From: Lingula anatina
Taxonomy: Eukaryota; Animalia; Brachiopoda
Direction: 5' to 3'
Assembly (NCBI GenBank): GCA_051362555.1
Contig: CM120640.1
Coordinates: forward strand, 29,965,967-30,029,966
Length of the DNA: 64,000 nt
Position 1 is the stretch's first letter. Every line of letters begins with the position of its first letter. The position numbers were made by a program, and so were the translations under genes. Below the pieces are notes generated by a model. The model searched no databases, had not been told where the DNA came from, and saw nothing but the letters and a program-made list of their open reading frames with translations. Positions 1 to 13,100 of this stretch are shown in pieces.

Positions 1-91
1 TGGCAGCAGTCCTTGGGAGCTGAAATATATGACACAGTATTACTTACTAATATGCAATAATAAATAACCTTCAATAAGCAGTAAGTGCATC

Positions 92-334
92 TTATTACCT
101 CCGCCAAGGAGGTTATGTTTTCACCCCTGTTTGTCTGTATGTTTGTTTGTTTGTCATCAACATAACTCAGAATGTTATGGACCGATTTTGATGAGATTTT
201 CAGGAACTGTCAGAAGTGGGCCAAGGAAGAGATGATTAGTTTTTGGTGGTGATCCAGATCAATAATCAATCAATAATCAATAATAATAAAAAATTGCTGC
301 CTTCTGCACTCTGCACTCTCAGTGCTTTTCTAGT
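92..334 (+). mobile_element. Short non-autonomous Helitron/Helentron-associated (HINE-like) element
   Basis: 5' TTATTACCTCCGCCAAGGAGGTTATG with a short inverted repeat, a (TGTT)n tract, a CCGATTTTGATGA core, and a 3' GCACTCTCAGTGC hairpin followed by CTAGT in a T context. Confidence 0.7.
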
Positions 335-1149
335 TTCATGTATGAATTAAACTGCATCAAAATATTAACCATTGTTTAGAGTTAACAAATTAGCCAAGTA
401 TCATTTTAAACTTGCAAAAAGCACAAACTGTGTTGACACAACATAAGGAATGTGTATGCACGTGTGTGTGTGTGTATGTGTGTGTGTGCATTCACAGTCA
501 CATTCCATCAGTGTAATAAATAGATCCCTATTCTATTGCCCCTGCTGTCTTAACCTCTCTCCTTCATATGCATATGTCTGCTGTCACAGCTGTTGTGTCT
601 TGAACATCAACTGAAGAAAAAAAAAAGAAACCATACTTGTCCACAATAAGGCTATCACATATTCAAAGATATACATGCAATAAAAACAGATAACAGTGAA
701 TTAACTTAGTAATTGTGCAAGAGAGTCCGCTTATTGTGTTGGTAAATTTTTAGAGTGTGTTTAATGAATGCCTGTAAAATTGGTGTATACCATCTTACCT
801 CTTTCGATCTTTAATGCTCTCAGCATCTGACATACTCTTTCTGTCTTTTATGTCGACTGAAGACAAAAATATGGAATAGAAACTATCTGTGTACAAATAG
901 GATTTGGGCAAAAATACAGAACTGAAAACTCATTCAAAGTCTATTCATTACAAAAATTAATTATTTTCATGAAGACAAGATTTAGTATTATAAGACCAGG
1001 TTGCTTGAGCAACACTGTTCGTATGTACGTGTGCATGTTAGTGTGTGTGTATGCATGTGCATGTTTAATATGTGTATAAAATCATAATTTAATCTGGGCT
1101 CCATTCGACCAGATGCATGAGGAGGCATGTGAGAGGCGAGATATATTAC

Positions 1150-1472
1150 AAGGACCAAAACTTTCACCCTGAAAATCAACAGCTACAAGAACCAAGACTT
1201 GCACCCTGAGAGTCAACAGCTACAAGGACCAAGACTTGCACCCTGAAAATCAACAGCTACAAGGACCAAAACTTGCACCCTGAGAGACAACAGCTACAAG
1301 GACCAAGACTTGCACCCTGAGAGTCAACAGCTACAAGGACCAAAACTTGCACCCTGAGAGACAACAGCTACAAGGACCAAGACTTGCACCCTGAGAGACA
1401 ACAGCTACAAGGACCAAGACTTGCACCCTGAGAGTCAACAGCTACAAGGACCAAGATGTGACTTGCACCCTG
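1150..1472. repeat. 37-bp minisatellite, about 8.5 copies
   Basis: Unit AGGACCAAGACTTGCACCCTGAGAGTCAACAGCTACA starts at 1151, 1188, 1225 and onward. Confidence 0.95.
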
Positions 1473-1727
1473 ACAATCCATATTTGCATTTGAATAAACT
1501 TGTTTTATTTTTGATAAGTAGATTTTGTCTGTAAACAACATATATATAAAAACTTGCACATTAAAAATAAAACAATACATTGTTTAGTTGCATATACCTC
1601 TTACACTTTAACTAACTTCATGTGGTTAAAGCCTAAAATGATTACACAAACTGCATTTCTATATACTGATAACTAATAAATATTAATATTAGCAAGAGCA
1701 CAGCTCAAGAACAAATTTTTTCATCTC

Positions 1728-1857
1728 TTAGAAGTATTGCAGAGGTTGTGATAGTTGTCATTGCCACACAGCATTTGGCAATGATGGGTGCTTTTGTCAT
1801 ATGATAATTGCAGGTTAAGGCATGGCAAAAGGATTAATCCTGGTCCTATACATCCTT
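1728..1857 (+). repeat. Dispersed repeat, copy 1 (inverted homolog at about 33,415-33,535)
   Basis: CAGAGGTTGTGA...GCATTTGG.AATGAT.GGTGC...ATGGCAAAA.GATTAATCCTGGTCC aligns to the reverse complement of 33.4-33.5 kb. Confidence 0.75.
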
Positions 1858-2215
1858 CCCAGATAGCATGCAAACATTGGGCCAACGTTGCCTTGGTTGC
1901 CCATGCACATGTTGGCCCAACGTTGGGTTTCCATCTAAGTGCTCACTTTGGCCGACGGTTGGCTGAACGTATTTGGCCAACGTTGGCCCAACGTTAGTCA
2001 ATTTCAATACTAAAGCATTGCCAACATATTACCAACCAAACTATGTTGGCCCTACATTGGGCCAACTAATATTCAACATGGGCCAAACAATTACCCAACC
2101 TGTAACCAACAGTGTATTAATGTTGGTTCTACTAATAACCAACATCGATCCAACTATTACCCAACCTCAAACCAACATTGCATTAACATTGGGCCAACGG
2201 TAGGCCAACGGGTCA
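1858..2215. mobile_element. Truncated MITE-like element rich in TTGGGCCAACGTTGG palindromic sub-repeats
   Basis: Starts CCCAGATAGCA and has many CCAAC/GTTGG motifs in both orientations. No right TIR was found. Confidence 0.55.
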
Positions 2216-4001
2216 CCGAGGTATCTGCAATTTGCACAATGATTAATGACCCAACCTAAAACCAGGAGCACAGTGATTTACATCATTGAACCAAAGGCAA
2301 AATAATTTTATCCAGAATCACATACGTAGTAGGGCACTGTAATAACATGTCTGATGCACAGGCAGATCAGTGTCCTGATGAAATATCTTAAGCATCTGAA
2401 ATCTGCAGACTGCAAGGTATAACTGAAAAATTAGCAAGCTGATTAATGGATGAATTCTTCAAAGGACTTGATCTGCCTGTGTTGTGGTTGAAACAAAAAG
2501 ATTAGTGATATATTTTAAACTGTTTAATTAATTCATAACATTACACTGAACAAATACCTTCAACCAACTAAATAATGTGATGTGAATGGAAAAATAATAC
2601 AAAAATACATCTCAAGGAAACTTTTTATAAAGATATTATAATATTAAATTTAAACAATTGTTAAATGATTCATGTCAAGAAAATTATTACCAGTCCTGTG
2701 AAAGAACTTTCCACCTTATTCCTGGAGTCAAGGCAGTTTTTTCACCCAATCCAAGAATCACAATTATTTCAATTTTAAAAAAATCTTCATTAAATTAAAT
2801 TTAAATCCAGAAACCCTTGATTAATATCAGGTAAGATGTTTAAAATTCAAAAGAACTGTCATTAAGTAGATAAGTTACTAGTAAGTCTATAAAATCACAT
2901 AAAGTCTCTTCCTTCAGGCAAAATCTCAGACATTGTCTATTTAAATAAAATCAGTGGTCATACGAATGTAATCTTCATTTTTCTTTCTCTTTCCTGTCCT
3001 GCACCTGCATGATCTTTGGCAAAGCATGATTAGTTAGGTGTATCTTCAACATCTTTTTCTTAACAGTCACAGAGGAGTGTACTTCATCTACAAATTAAAA
3101 TATTAAAAATTTAACTTGAAATATAATGCTGGAATTGATATGCATATGCATTATATGCATAACATTTTTAGGTGCTTGACTATACCTCTTCCCACATCAC
3201 TGTGTTCATATGCATTATATTAGTAGTTGTGTATTATAATATAATATGATAATCTCCCCATATTCTCTAAGTTAGGCAAAAGCTAATATCTTTAACTTTT
3301 ACAATGGAGTGTCTGTGTGCAGTTATTTATAGCAAAATTACTAGTAGTTCTTTCATGTACACTTGACCATGAATTCAGTTTTAAAGGGTTCAAAATCCCA
3401 TACAACTGTACTGTACAACTGAATACTACAATGTATATTATTTAGTCATTCCAACAACTTTATCAAAGAATTCACTGGCAAGGATTCATACAGACACATA
3501 AGAACAATTGGCTTTCAAGGACCTTTAAGGCTCTAACTCAAGTATTTTTCAAGGATTTTTAGGTAATAGCCCAGGCAAGTTATACACTTATACATGTACT
3601 GTACAATTATTCTAAAGTGTACATGCCAAAGGAAAAAAATTATTTCTATTCAAGCCTAGAAGAAATTAATAGAGTTTTCAATAGAATATCTCTAAAAAAA
3701 ATTCTAACTACATAATATTTATTGCACACTCACACACATACATACTGAAATTAATAATAATAAATTGCAATATTTGTAATAGGTAAACTTGAACAGCACC
3801 ATTTACAATCAATCTTTACCTTAAACTGCACTATTTATACTTAATTCATGACAGTATTGATAAACAAAGTTTATCTGGAATTGAACTTTGGGCAAAGTTG
3901 CACACCCATCATTCAATTAAAAACCCAATTTGAATCAAGGCCTGAAAATGTTAGAAAACACATGCAAGTCGGGGCACCACAAAATGTGGTATACCCACTA
4001 T

Positions 4002-4460
4002 CCAGGGCCGTAGCCTGAGCAAAATGCCAGGGGGGGGCAGTAAGCGGACACGAGGGGACAAAGCCCCCGAGGGGGGAGGGGGTGTCCCCCTCCCATGGTG
4101 TGGAAAATTTTTAAAAAAAGTATGTATAATACTGCATTCTGGTGCATTTTAACTGTTATTTATTGCTCAATCAGAAGTCAGAAATTGTGGGTTCATTTTG
4201 CCATAAGTACAGTAATTTTTTCAATACAACACGCCAATTGGCCTGGGGGATAGCTCCCTAAGGGAGGGTGAGCTTTTTGGCATGAAGTGAGTTAGTTTAA
4301 AACAGTACTCCTTTGTAAACAGATTGTTGAATGATTGTCTAGTGGCCATGAGTGCTTTTTCTCACAGAATTGATACCAACTTTGCAATTTTTTTTTTACC
4401 TTTGCGATTATTATTATTATTATTTTTTTTTTTTGCACCTAAAATCCCAGGGGGGGCAGC
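4002..4460 (+). mobile_element. MITE remnant with CAGGGCCGTAGCC end and G-rich subterminal boxes
   Basis: CAGGGCCGTAGCC...CCAGGGGGGGGCAG near the start and CCCAGGGGGGGCAGCTGC at the end, where the 54-bp array cuts it. Similar ends occur at about 30,860 and 35,680. Confidence 0.5.
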
Positions 4461-4794
4461 TGCAGTAAAAGTACAATCAAAATTATAAACATACTTCTAT
4501 ATAGTTATATTCTATGCAGTAAAAGTACAATCAAATTTATAAACATACTTCTATATAGTTATATTCTATGCAGTAAAAGTACAATCAAATTTATAAACAT
4601 ACTTCTATATAGTTATATTCTATGCAGTAAAAGTACAATCAAATTTATAAACATACTTCTATATAGTTATATTCTATGCAGTAAAAGTACAATCAAATTT
4701 ATAAACATACTTCTATATAGTTATATTCTATGCAGTAAAAGTACAATCAAATTTATAAACATACTTCTATATAGTTATATTCTATGCAGTAAAA
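4461..4794. repeat. 54-bp tandem repeat, 6 near-perfect copies plus a partial copy
   Basis: Unit TGCAGTAAAAGTACAATCAAATTTATAAACATACTTCTATATAGTTATATTCTA. Confidence 0.97.
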
Positions 4795-4973
4795 GCACCA
4801 CAAATGCTATAAAGAATAAATATTGTACTTATGAAATGATGTATCTGAATGTTTGATAACTTTTGCCCATCAAAAAGATTGAGTGTTTACTATATGTTCT
4901 TTATTTTTGTGAAACAACTGTAATTTCCTTTTAAAGGCCGGCACAAATTAAGTTAAAAGTGATGCATTTGCAG

Positions 4974-4974
<1 letters not shown>

Positions 4975-5035
<61 letters not shown>

Positions 5036-5049
5036 AAGTGAGAGAGAGA
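4975..5049. repeat. Compound (GT)n(GA)n microsatellite
   Basis: Directly visible. Confidence 0.95.
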
Positions 5050-5847
5050 TGAATCATATGTAAACATCGACTAAAGGAGAGAAAGAGAAAGAGAAATTAA
5101 TCATATGTAAGAAGCGACTGAAAGACCTCCACAGAATAAGGACCTGTAGATTAATTTCTAGTAAATGAAGTGCAGGTCCTCTGGACCTTCAGCACCTTCA
5201 AAGTTTTCCCCGTGTTTAAATTTGCAATACACAAATGGAAAATAAAGGTATGAAAACAAAACACAGATGCTAGCTGCCATATCCTCAAGAGCATTAAGAT
5301 TGGTTCACCTAACCAGACTGAAAAACCAAAGTTTTGCTGGCAAAAACAATTCCGTAATGGTAAAAACCAACAGTCCCTTAAAAGATTATTTGCCTATCAC
5401 TTACTGACAAGACATGCAAAAACACATATTATTCATCTGTGTTTATATATTGCCATTTTTTATGACACTATTCCACTCGAAATGCCAAACCAATGCTGCA
5501 ATAAAACTTATTTTGGGTTTATGTTTTTTTTTCTCAAAATTGATACAATACATTTGCACACACCCCCACACCCCGCAGGCAAAAAGTAAACATGTTTAAA
5601 GCCAAATTTAAGATTCATATATTTCAAAACATGCCTAGACTATGGTAATTAGATTACAATGTTGTATCTTTCACAACTTCTAGTACCAATTTTGCTACTC
5701 GCCAGTAACTAAGAGAACATTCAGTGAAATCGATGCACGGATATTCCTTTGGTGTATAAAATGTTACATAATTATATACTATATCGTCTCGTTAAGTTTA
5801 TTAGTATAAAACTCGAAAGGCCATTGTATAAACACCTCTACATCTTA

Positions 5848-8800
5848 CCGGTCTCTGGGCTACTTTCTCTTGGAGCTGCGCCCCCCCCCCCCTCCCCTCT
5901 TTGAAAACGAGGCTAAGTCTAATAATTTTCTAAATAACCGCCAATGCGAGCTAGCCGTCTGCTCCCACAGGGTATTCTGTACATTATTATGTAATTCAGG
6001 TGACAAATGATCAGAGAGGTCAGTAGAAGATGGAGAAGACAGATATTTAGGGTACGTTGCTACAATTGCCACATCTCAGCCAAAAATTAAGCACAAAAAA
6101 TGACATCAAGTTGCAGGGTATGAAATTCGTATAAATTTGAAGCTGGACAGCAGGGCTGGCAACTTGAAAAGTAGCCAGCCCGGACCAAAAGTAGCCAGTC
6201 CTGAATTTTTTTTGAAAATTACCTGATTGAACCTATTGCAGGCAAGAAAATATTGAAACAGGGCCTCTTAGTCTCAGAGTGAATATAATCAAGTATATTC
6301 TTCACTGTCAGCATCTGAAACGTTATGCTCTGAACCCAAATCGGAAAAGTCTGATTCACTGTGATTGTCATAATCAGAGGTTAGTTGCATAACCCGCTTG
6401 TTACAAATGCTCCATGGGCATACTTCTGAAATCTTTCTGGTTGTTGCCTTTGGACAGGTGGTCATAAATTTGACGTGTCTGATTTTGAATCCAATCTGTT
6501 CATCAAAACCATTTTTTTTCCCATTAATACCTCTTGGTAAACTTTGTAAACATTAATATGTGTAGTCATACATGTAATGTATTTTTTACCAAGATATTCA
6601 GTCAAATGAGACTGGAAAATGCAGTGGATTTATTTTCAGATAAAAAGTCATTTCTTCATACTTGTGAACTCCTGAATATTTAATCTTGCATATTCGTTTT
6701 GGCCAAAAATTGAATTTTCCTGGCATAAACGTCAATTTTCCCCGTACTTACCAATGGTCAACGATCCCATTCCTGCGTTCAAAGTTAGTCCAGGGTTTTT
6801 TTTCCTAAATGCTTGTTTTTTTGTTAAAATCTCTTAAGAGATTTTAACTGACGGAGCCCTCTCTGACATTGCATAAGTCACGCGATATCGAGCGGGGTTT
6901 TCTGATGACCTACTTAAAACCGCAGGAAAAGCAGACAACAACAACACTTTATTTCAATAAAATAAGATTTATACGATATAATCGTCTTTCTGCTCAGAAT
7001 GCACTTATATCTACAACGTGTGCAGTTCTGGGCTTTTCATTATCCAACACACTGTACAAAAACTTGCAACTTACGTTTGAGGATTGTGTCATGCGCCTGC
7101 TATATCTTATCCCGCCACATGTTATTTTGGTCTCGAATGCACGCGAGAATCCGCGTGATGCACCAACATCCTTGGCAACGGATGCCTTGACGACCAGGAA
7201 GAAAGGCACCGAAAGCCCTATTGACAAGCAGTTTTTAGTTTTACTACAGTAACAGCCGTTTTAGTGGTGAAATGCAATATAATATATTTCCATGTGTTGT
7301 CTAGAATGTATTACTTGCGGAATTTTGAATCTCAAAGGAAGAGTTATTATTGCTTTAACATGGTTTCGATCAGGGCTTTTCCCAGGGTTTGGGGTGCAGG
7401 GTCCACTTATTGTAAATCTGAAATTTGATAACAAATTCACATGAAGTTTAACCAAGTCTTTAAAAAATACTGTGAGCTGGAGATCCCCCAGGGGGGGGGG
7501 GGGGCGCAGTGTTATATTATCTTATTAAAATATTCAAAATTTTTAATATTTGAATAAATTTCATTAAAAATGGAAGAATATTCATTGTATAATAGTTTAC
7601 TTATATAAATGTCACAAATTTTAAAGTTTTTAAATTGATATTGCTTTCTTCAATTTGCTTTCTTTAGGGGTAACATGTGTTTGGTTTTTTTAATATACAG
7701 TATGAATTAAATAAAATCAGTCATTAAAAAAATTCCCCCTTTTTATTTAAATTCTCATATTTTTATTACTAATTTTCTTCCTTACATCAATACCACACTG
7801 GTATATGATAGCATTGCTTATTTATCAAATTCCAGCACCAAATTTTGAACTGTAAATAACACAGGTGGTGCTAGAGTCATAAAATAAAACAAATAAAGCA
7901 AAATTTTAGGCTGTGCAAATAAACAACATTTCAACAAGATCTTCAGTCCCAAAGTTTGAATTTCCAACTTCATATGGTTGTGAGGAGATAGCGTGCAACA
8001 CATTTGATTGACAGGCAGTATGCCTTGACAACAAACTAGATACAACCAGTCCAATCTGGCTGTTGTACCCAGTACTTGTGTAGTTTCTATTTAAGGAATG
8101 GTCTTTGTTACTAGAGCACTTAGATTTTTAAGCATATAAATATTCAGTATTCAGCCTGTTATGTGGATAAATTTTGTCTTGTGAAGTTCTGGAAGGTGTT
8201 CACTTTCATAATTTGGTGGTAAGTTTGCTTAGACTTCGTTTTGGGACCACATGTTTTGTACCAAATGTAGGCCACTCTTTTCAATGCAATCCAGGAAGAG
8301 AGTATGCAACAAAAATTTCTTTTTCAAGATTTTTGTTCTTAAGTTCTAATAAAACATAACCTGTTCGTCGGACAGCCCACCCTGCAAATTCACTAGTCCG
8401 AACTGAATTTTTACTTGTGGAGCCCTGCTTTGGTGTCATCATACACTTTATTTGACTGTCTGATACCTTCCTGTGTTCTTTTCTTACGTGCTGGGGCATC
8501 ACATACATTATTAGCACCAAAATACTTACAGAGGGTAGACTGCGACAGGGGTAATCCTGACTGCGACTTAGGCGCAATCTTGTATAATCCACGTGCGTCG
8601 ATTAATTTTTTTATGAGAAAGACATCGTACAAATATAATTATAGATTATAGAAGAAGCAAAACTTAAACTGTGTAATTAGACGAGATTGTGTGAATTTGA
8701 ATGACCACACATCGTTCGTCACTTGTCTCAGAAACAAGCATATAAATGCTGCGTTTGATACTTTGTATCAGATGTTTCATAACACGGGTCTTTGCGTTAG

Positions 8801-8999
8801 GCATGCAGGGAACACATTGAATAACCATGTACTTTCGGTTTTCGTTCGAGAGTGTCGATTTCTTGAAGGGCTAGCCTCATTGTTTTAGTTTTATTTCAGC
8901 CAAATCTGCTTAATATGAACGTGCATATTGATATACAATTATTTTAGAGGCCAGAAAATGGCCAGACCGACGGACTGGCAACTTTTGGAAAGAGACCGG
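5848..8999. mobile_element. Possible decayed DNA transposon (hAT-like)
   Basis: 9-bp inverted ends CCGGTCTCT (5848) and AGAGACCGG (8991-8999), with subterminal AAAAGTAGCCAG / CTGGCAACTTTT motifs. No TSD and no convincing transposase motif. Confidence 0.3.
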
Positions 9000-9859
9000 G
9001 TGACAATTGAGCCGTCCCGGGCTGCTGGTCCTTATTTCCTACCCTGCCTTAAGGTTGAAAAAAAAGTGTTGATCGCTGTTGATATTTCGCAACGGTTGCC
9101 ATGGAAATAATGGATGAATTATAGAAAATAATATCTTGTCAGATTTTTCTTGGCATACTGTAACTTCCCAGAAAATTTCAAATGGATATTTTACTCCATT
9201 CAAAAGTTATGCCAATTTTGTTTTATTTATTGGGCAATGAGGTGACACTTTTGGCTTCCACTGTTACATATATGCTTGGATACCAGACTTTTTCAAAATT
9301 TTATGGGCGACTAGCATTCTTTTAAATTTAATAACTTTTGATTGGCTTGCTTGATTTCCAAAAAATAAAATGTTTTGGAAAGCTCATGAATTTTTCTATC
9401 ACATAAGATCCTTTAGGCTGATATTTATCTTACTATCAAAGTTGACCTGACCTCTCTAGTGGAATGAAACAAGGCAAGATCTAGATCATCAATATGCCCT
9501 ACAAATAACTGTTAAAGGGATAACAACTGGTTGTTTTGGCAAAGAAAGTATATACCTGGGGAAAACAATGATTTTCCAAAAATCCCATACCCATACTAAC
9601 AAATGTTTAATTAATCCATTCCAAAATTCAAAGCTAGTCCATGTTTTTTTTTTCTAAAAAGTTTTTTTCTGGTAATAATCTGTAAAGTGATTCTTACGGA
9701 GGCATAAACAGCCACCTGGTTTGTTGACAAGCATTGTAAAGTCTGCTACTGAAGAAAATGTGGTGCTTCATTAAATATGTTTATATTATTTCAAGGTTGA
9801 ATAAAATTTTATATATAAATGCCAAAATAAGATGTTGTAATGATCTACATACTGTATGT

Positions 9860-10027
9860 TCTTGCAGAGTTTTCGAGAATGGATGAAAGTGAACATGTTG
9901 GCTTTAAATGATAGTATGACTTAGTTGATATGGTTTACATCAATGTTCAAGGCAAATAGGAAAAATGCAGCAAATGCCAACATTGCATAGGAGATGTTCT
10001 TATAAAACCATCTAGTTCTGTAAAAGA
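9860..10027 (+). repeat. Duplicated segment; uninterrupted paralog (empty site) of 14,910-14,992 + 29,962-30,037
   Basis: CTTGCAGAGTTTTC...GATATGGTTTACATCAA.GTTCAA...ATAAAACCATCTAGTTCTGTAAAAGA is contiguous here and split by about 15 kb in the second copy. Confidence 0.9.
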
Positions 10028-10184
10028 ATGCCAAAATATGATGTTGTAATGATCTGCACATTGCTTTATGAAATAGTTTTTTTTTTTTTCATCTGATTTT
10101 CTTCTTTTACTTTCAGGGACTCCCGGCTACTGAATTTCCAGGAAATAGGATATATGCTCCATGAAAGATCTAGGGTTCAGATCC

Positions 10185-13100
10185 AGACTGCCATGATGCT
10201 GTCAGACTTGGTTGTCCAGCCATGTAGCTGGCAGATAGGGTTGTCCTGCTATTCTGATGTCAGTCTCCATTGTCCTTCCATGTTCTGGCAGTCTCAGTTG
10301 TCCTGACATGTTGGCAGTCTCGGTTGTCCAGTCATGATGCTGGCAGACTTGGTTGTCCTGCCAGAGTTCTCGCAGATTCGACTGTCCTTTCATTCTGATG
10401 GCAGGTTTGGCTCTCCTGCCATGAAACTGGCAGTGTATGTGGTCCTGCCATGTAGCTGGAATACATTGGTTGTCCTGCCAGAGTTCTCGCAGATTCGGCT
10501 GTCCTGTCATTCTGATGGCAGGTTCGGCTGTCCTGCCATGAAACTGGCAGTCTCAGTTGTCTTGCCATGTAGCTGGCAGACATTGGTTGTCCTGCCATCG
10601 TTCTCGCAGATTCGGCTGTCCTGTCATTCTGATGGCAGGTTCAGCTGACCTGCCATGAAACTGGCAGTCTACGTGGTCCTGCCATGTTCTGGCAGTCTCG
10701 GTTGTCCTGCCATGTTCTGGCAGTCTCAGTTGTCTTGCCATGTAGCTGGCAGACATTGGTTGTCCTGCCAGCGTTCTCTCAGATTCGGCTGTCCTGTCAT
10801 TCTGATGGCTGGTTCGGCTGACCTACCATGAAACTGGCAGTCTACTTGGTCCTGCCATGTTCTGGCAGTCTCGGTTGTCCTGCCATGCTCTGGCAGTCTC
10901 AGTTGTCTTGCCATGTAGCTGGCAGACATTGGTCGTCCTGCCAGCGTTCTCGCAGATTCGGCTGTCCTGTCATTCTGATGGCAGGTTCGGCTGTCCTGCT
11001 ATGAAACTGGCAGTCTACTTGGTCCTGCCATGTTCTGGCAGTCTCGGTTGTCCTGCCATGTTCTGGCAGTCTCGGTTGTCTTGCCATGTAGCTGGCAGAC
11101 ATCGGTTGTCCTGCCAGCGTTCTCGCAGATTCGGCTGTCCTGTCATTTTGATGGCAGGTTCGGCTGACCTGCCATGAAACTGGCAGTCTACGTGGTCCTG
11201 CCATGTTCTGGCAGTCTCGGTTGTCCTGCCATGTTCTGGCAGTCTCAGTTGTCTTGCCATGTAGCTGGCAGACATTGGTTGTCCTGCCAGCGTTCTCGCA
11301 GATTCGGCTGTCCTGTCCTACTGATGGCAGGTTCGGCTGACCTGCCATGAAACTGGCAGTCTCAGTTGTCTTGCCATGTAGCCGGCAGACATTGGTTGTC
11401 CTGCCAGCGTTCTTGCAGATTCGGCTGTCCTGTCATTTTGATGGCAGGTTCGGCTGTCCTGCCATGAAACTGGCAGTCTCGGTTGTCCTGCCATGTTCTG
11501 GCAGTCTCGGTTGTCCTGCCATGTTCTGGCAGTCTCAGTTGTCTTGCCATGTAGCTGGCAGACATTGGTTGTCCTGCCAGCATTCTCGCAGATTCGGCTG
11601 TCCTGTCATTCTGATGGCAGGTTCGGCTGACCTGCCATGAAACTGGCAGTCTCAGTTGTCTTGCCATGTTCTGGCAGTCTCAGTTGTCTTGCCATGTAGC
11701 TGGCAGACATTGGTTGTCCTGCCAGCGTTCTCGCAGATTCGGTTGTCCTGTCATTCTGATGGCAGGCTCGGCTGACCTGCCATGAAACTGGCAGTCTACG
11801 TGGTCCTGCCATGTTCTGGCAGTCTCGGTTGTCCTGCCATGTTCTGGCAGTCTCAGTTGTCTTGCCATGTAGCTGGCAGACATTGGTTGTCCTGCCAGAG
11901 TTCTCGCAGATTCGGCTGTCCTGTCATTCTGATGGCAGGTTCAGCTGACCTGCCATGAAACTGGCAGTCTGTGTGGTCCTGCCATGTTCTGGCAGTCTCG
12001 GTTGTCCTGCCATGTTCTGACAGTCTCGGTTGTCCTGCCATGTTCTGGCAGTCTCAGTTGTCTTGCCATGTAGCTGGCAGACATTGGTTGTCCTGCCAGC
12101 GTTCTTGCAGATTCGGCTGTCCTGTCATTCTGATGGCAGGTTCAGCTGACCTGCCATGAAACTGGCAGTCTGTGTGGTCCTGCCATGTTCTGGCAGTCTC
12201 GGTTGTCCTGCCATGTTCTGGCAGTCTCAGTTGTCTTGCCATGTAGCTGGCAGACATTGGTTGTCCTGCCAGCGTTCTCGCAGATTCGGCTGTCCTGTCA
12301 TTCTGATGGCAGGTTCGGCTGACCTGCCATGAAACTGGCAGTCTACGTGGTCCTGCCATGTTCTGGCAGTCTCGGTTGTCCTGCCATGTTCTGGCAGTCT
12401 CAGTTGTCTTGCCATGTAGCTGGCAGACATTGGTTGTCCTGCCAGCGTTCTCGCAGATTCGGCTGTCCTGTCATTCTGATGGCAGGTTCGGCTGACCTGC
12501 CATGAAACTGGCAGTCTACGTGGTCCTGCCATGTTCTGGCAGTCTCGGTTGTCCTGCCATGTTCTGGCAGTCTCAGTTGTCTTGCCATGTAGCTGGCAGA
12601 CATTGGTTGTCCTGCCAGCGTTCTCGCAGATTCGGCTGTCCTGTCATTCTGATGGCAGGTTCGGCTGACCTGCCATGAAACTGGCAGTCTACGTGGTCCT
12701 GCCATGTTCTGGCAGTCTCGGTTGTCCTGCCATGTTCTGGCAGTCTCAGTTGTCTTGCCATGTAGCTGGCAGACATTGGTTGTCCTGCCAGCGTTCTCGC
12801 AGATTCGGCTGTCCTGTCATTCTGATGGCAGGTTCGGCTGACCTGCCATGAAACTGGCAGTCTACGTGGTCCTGCCATGTTCTGGCAGTCTCGGTTGTCC
12901 TGCCATGTTCTGGCAGTCTCAGTTGTCTTGCCATGTAGCTGGCAGACATTGGTTGTCCTGCCAGCGTTCTCGCAGATTCGGCTGTCCTGTCATTCTGATG
13001 GCAGGTTCGGCTGACCTGCCATGAAACTGGCAGTCTGTGTGGTCCTGCCATGTTCTGGCAGTCTCGGTTGTCCTGCCATGTTCTGGCAGTCTCAGTTGTC

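Noticed and set aside
6869-7252. hAT dimerisation motif in DIERGF / ASRGFS phrases
   Set aside because: Isolated short matches on opposite strands without the surrounding conserved residues.
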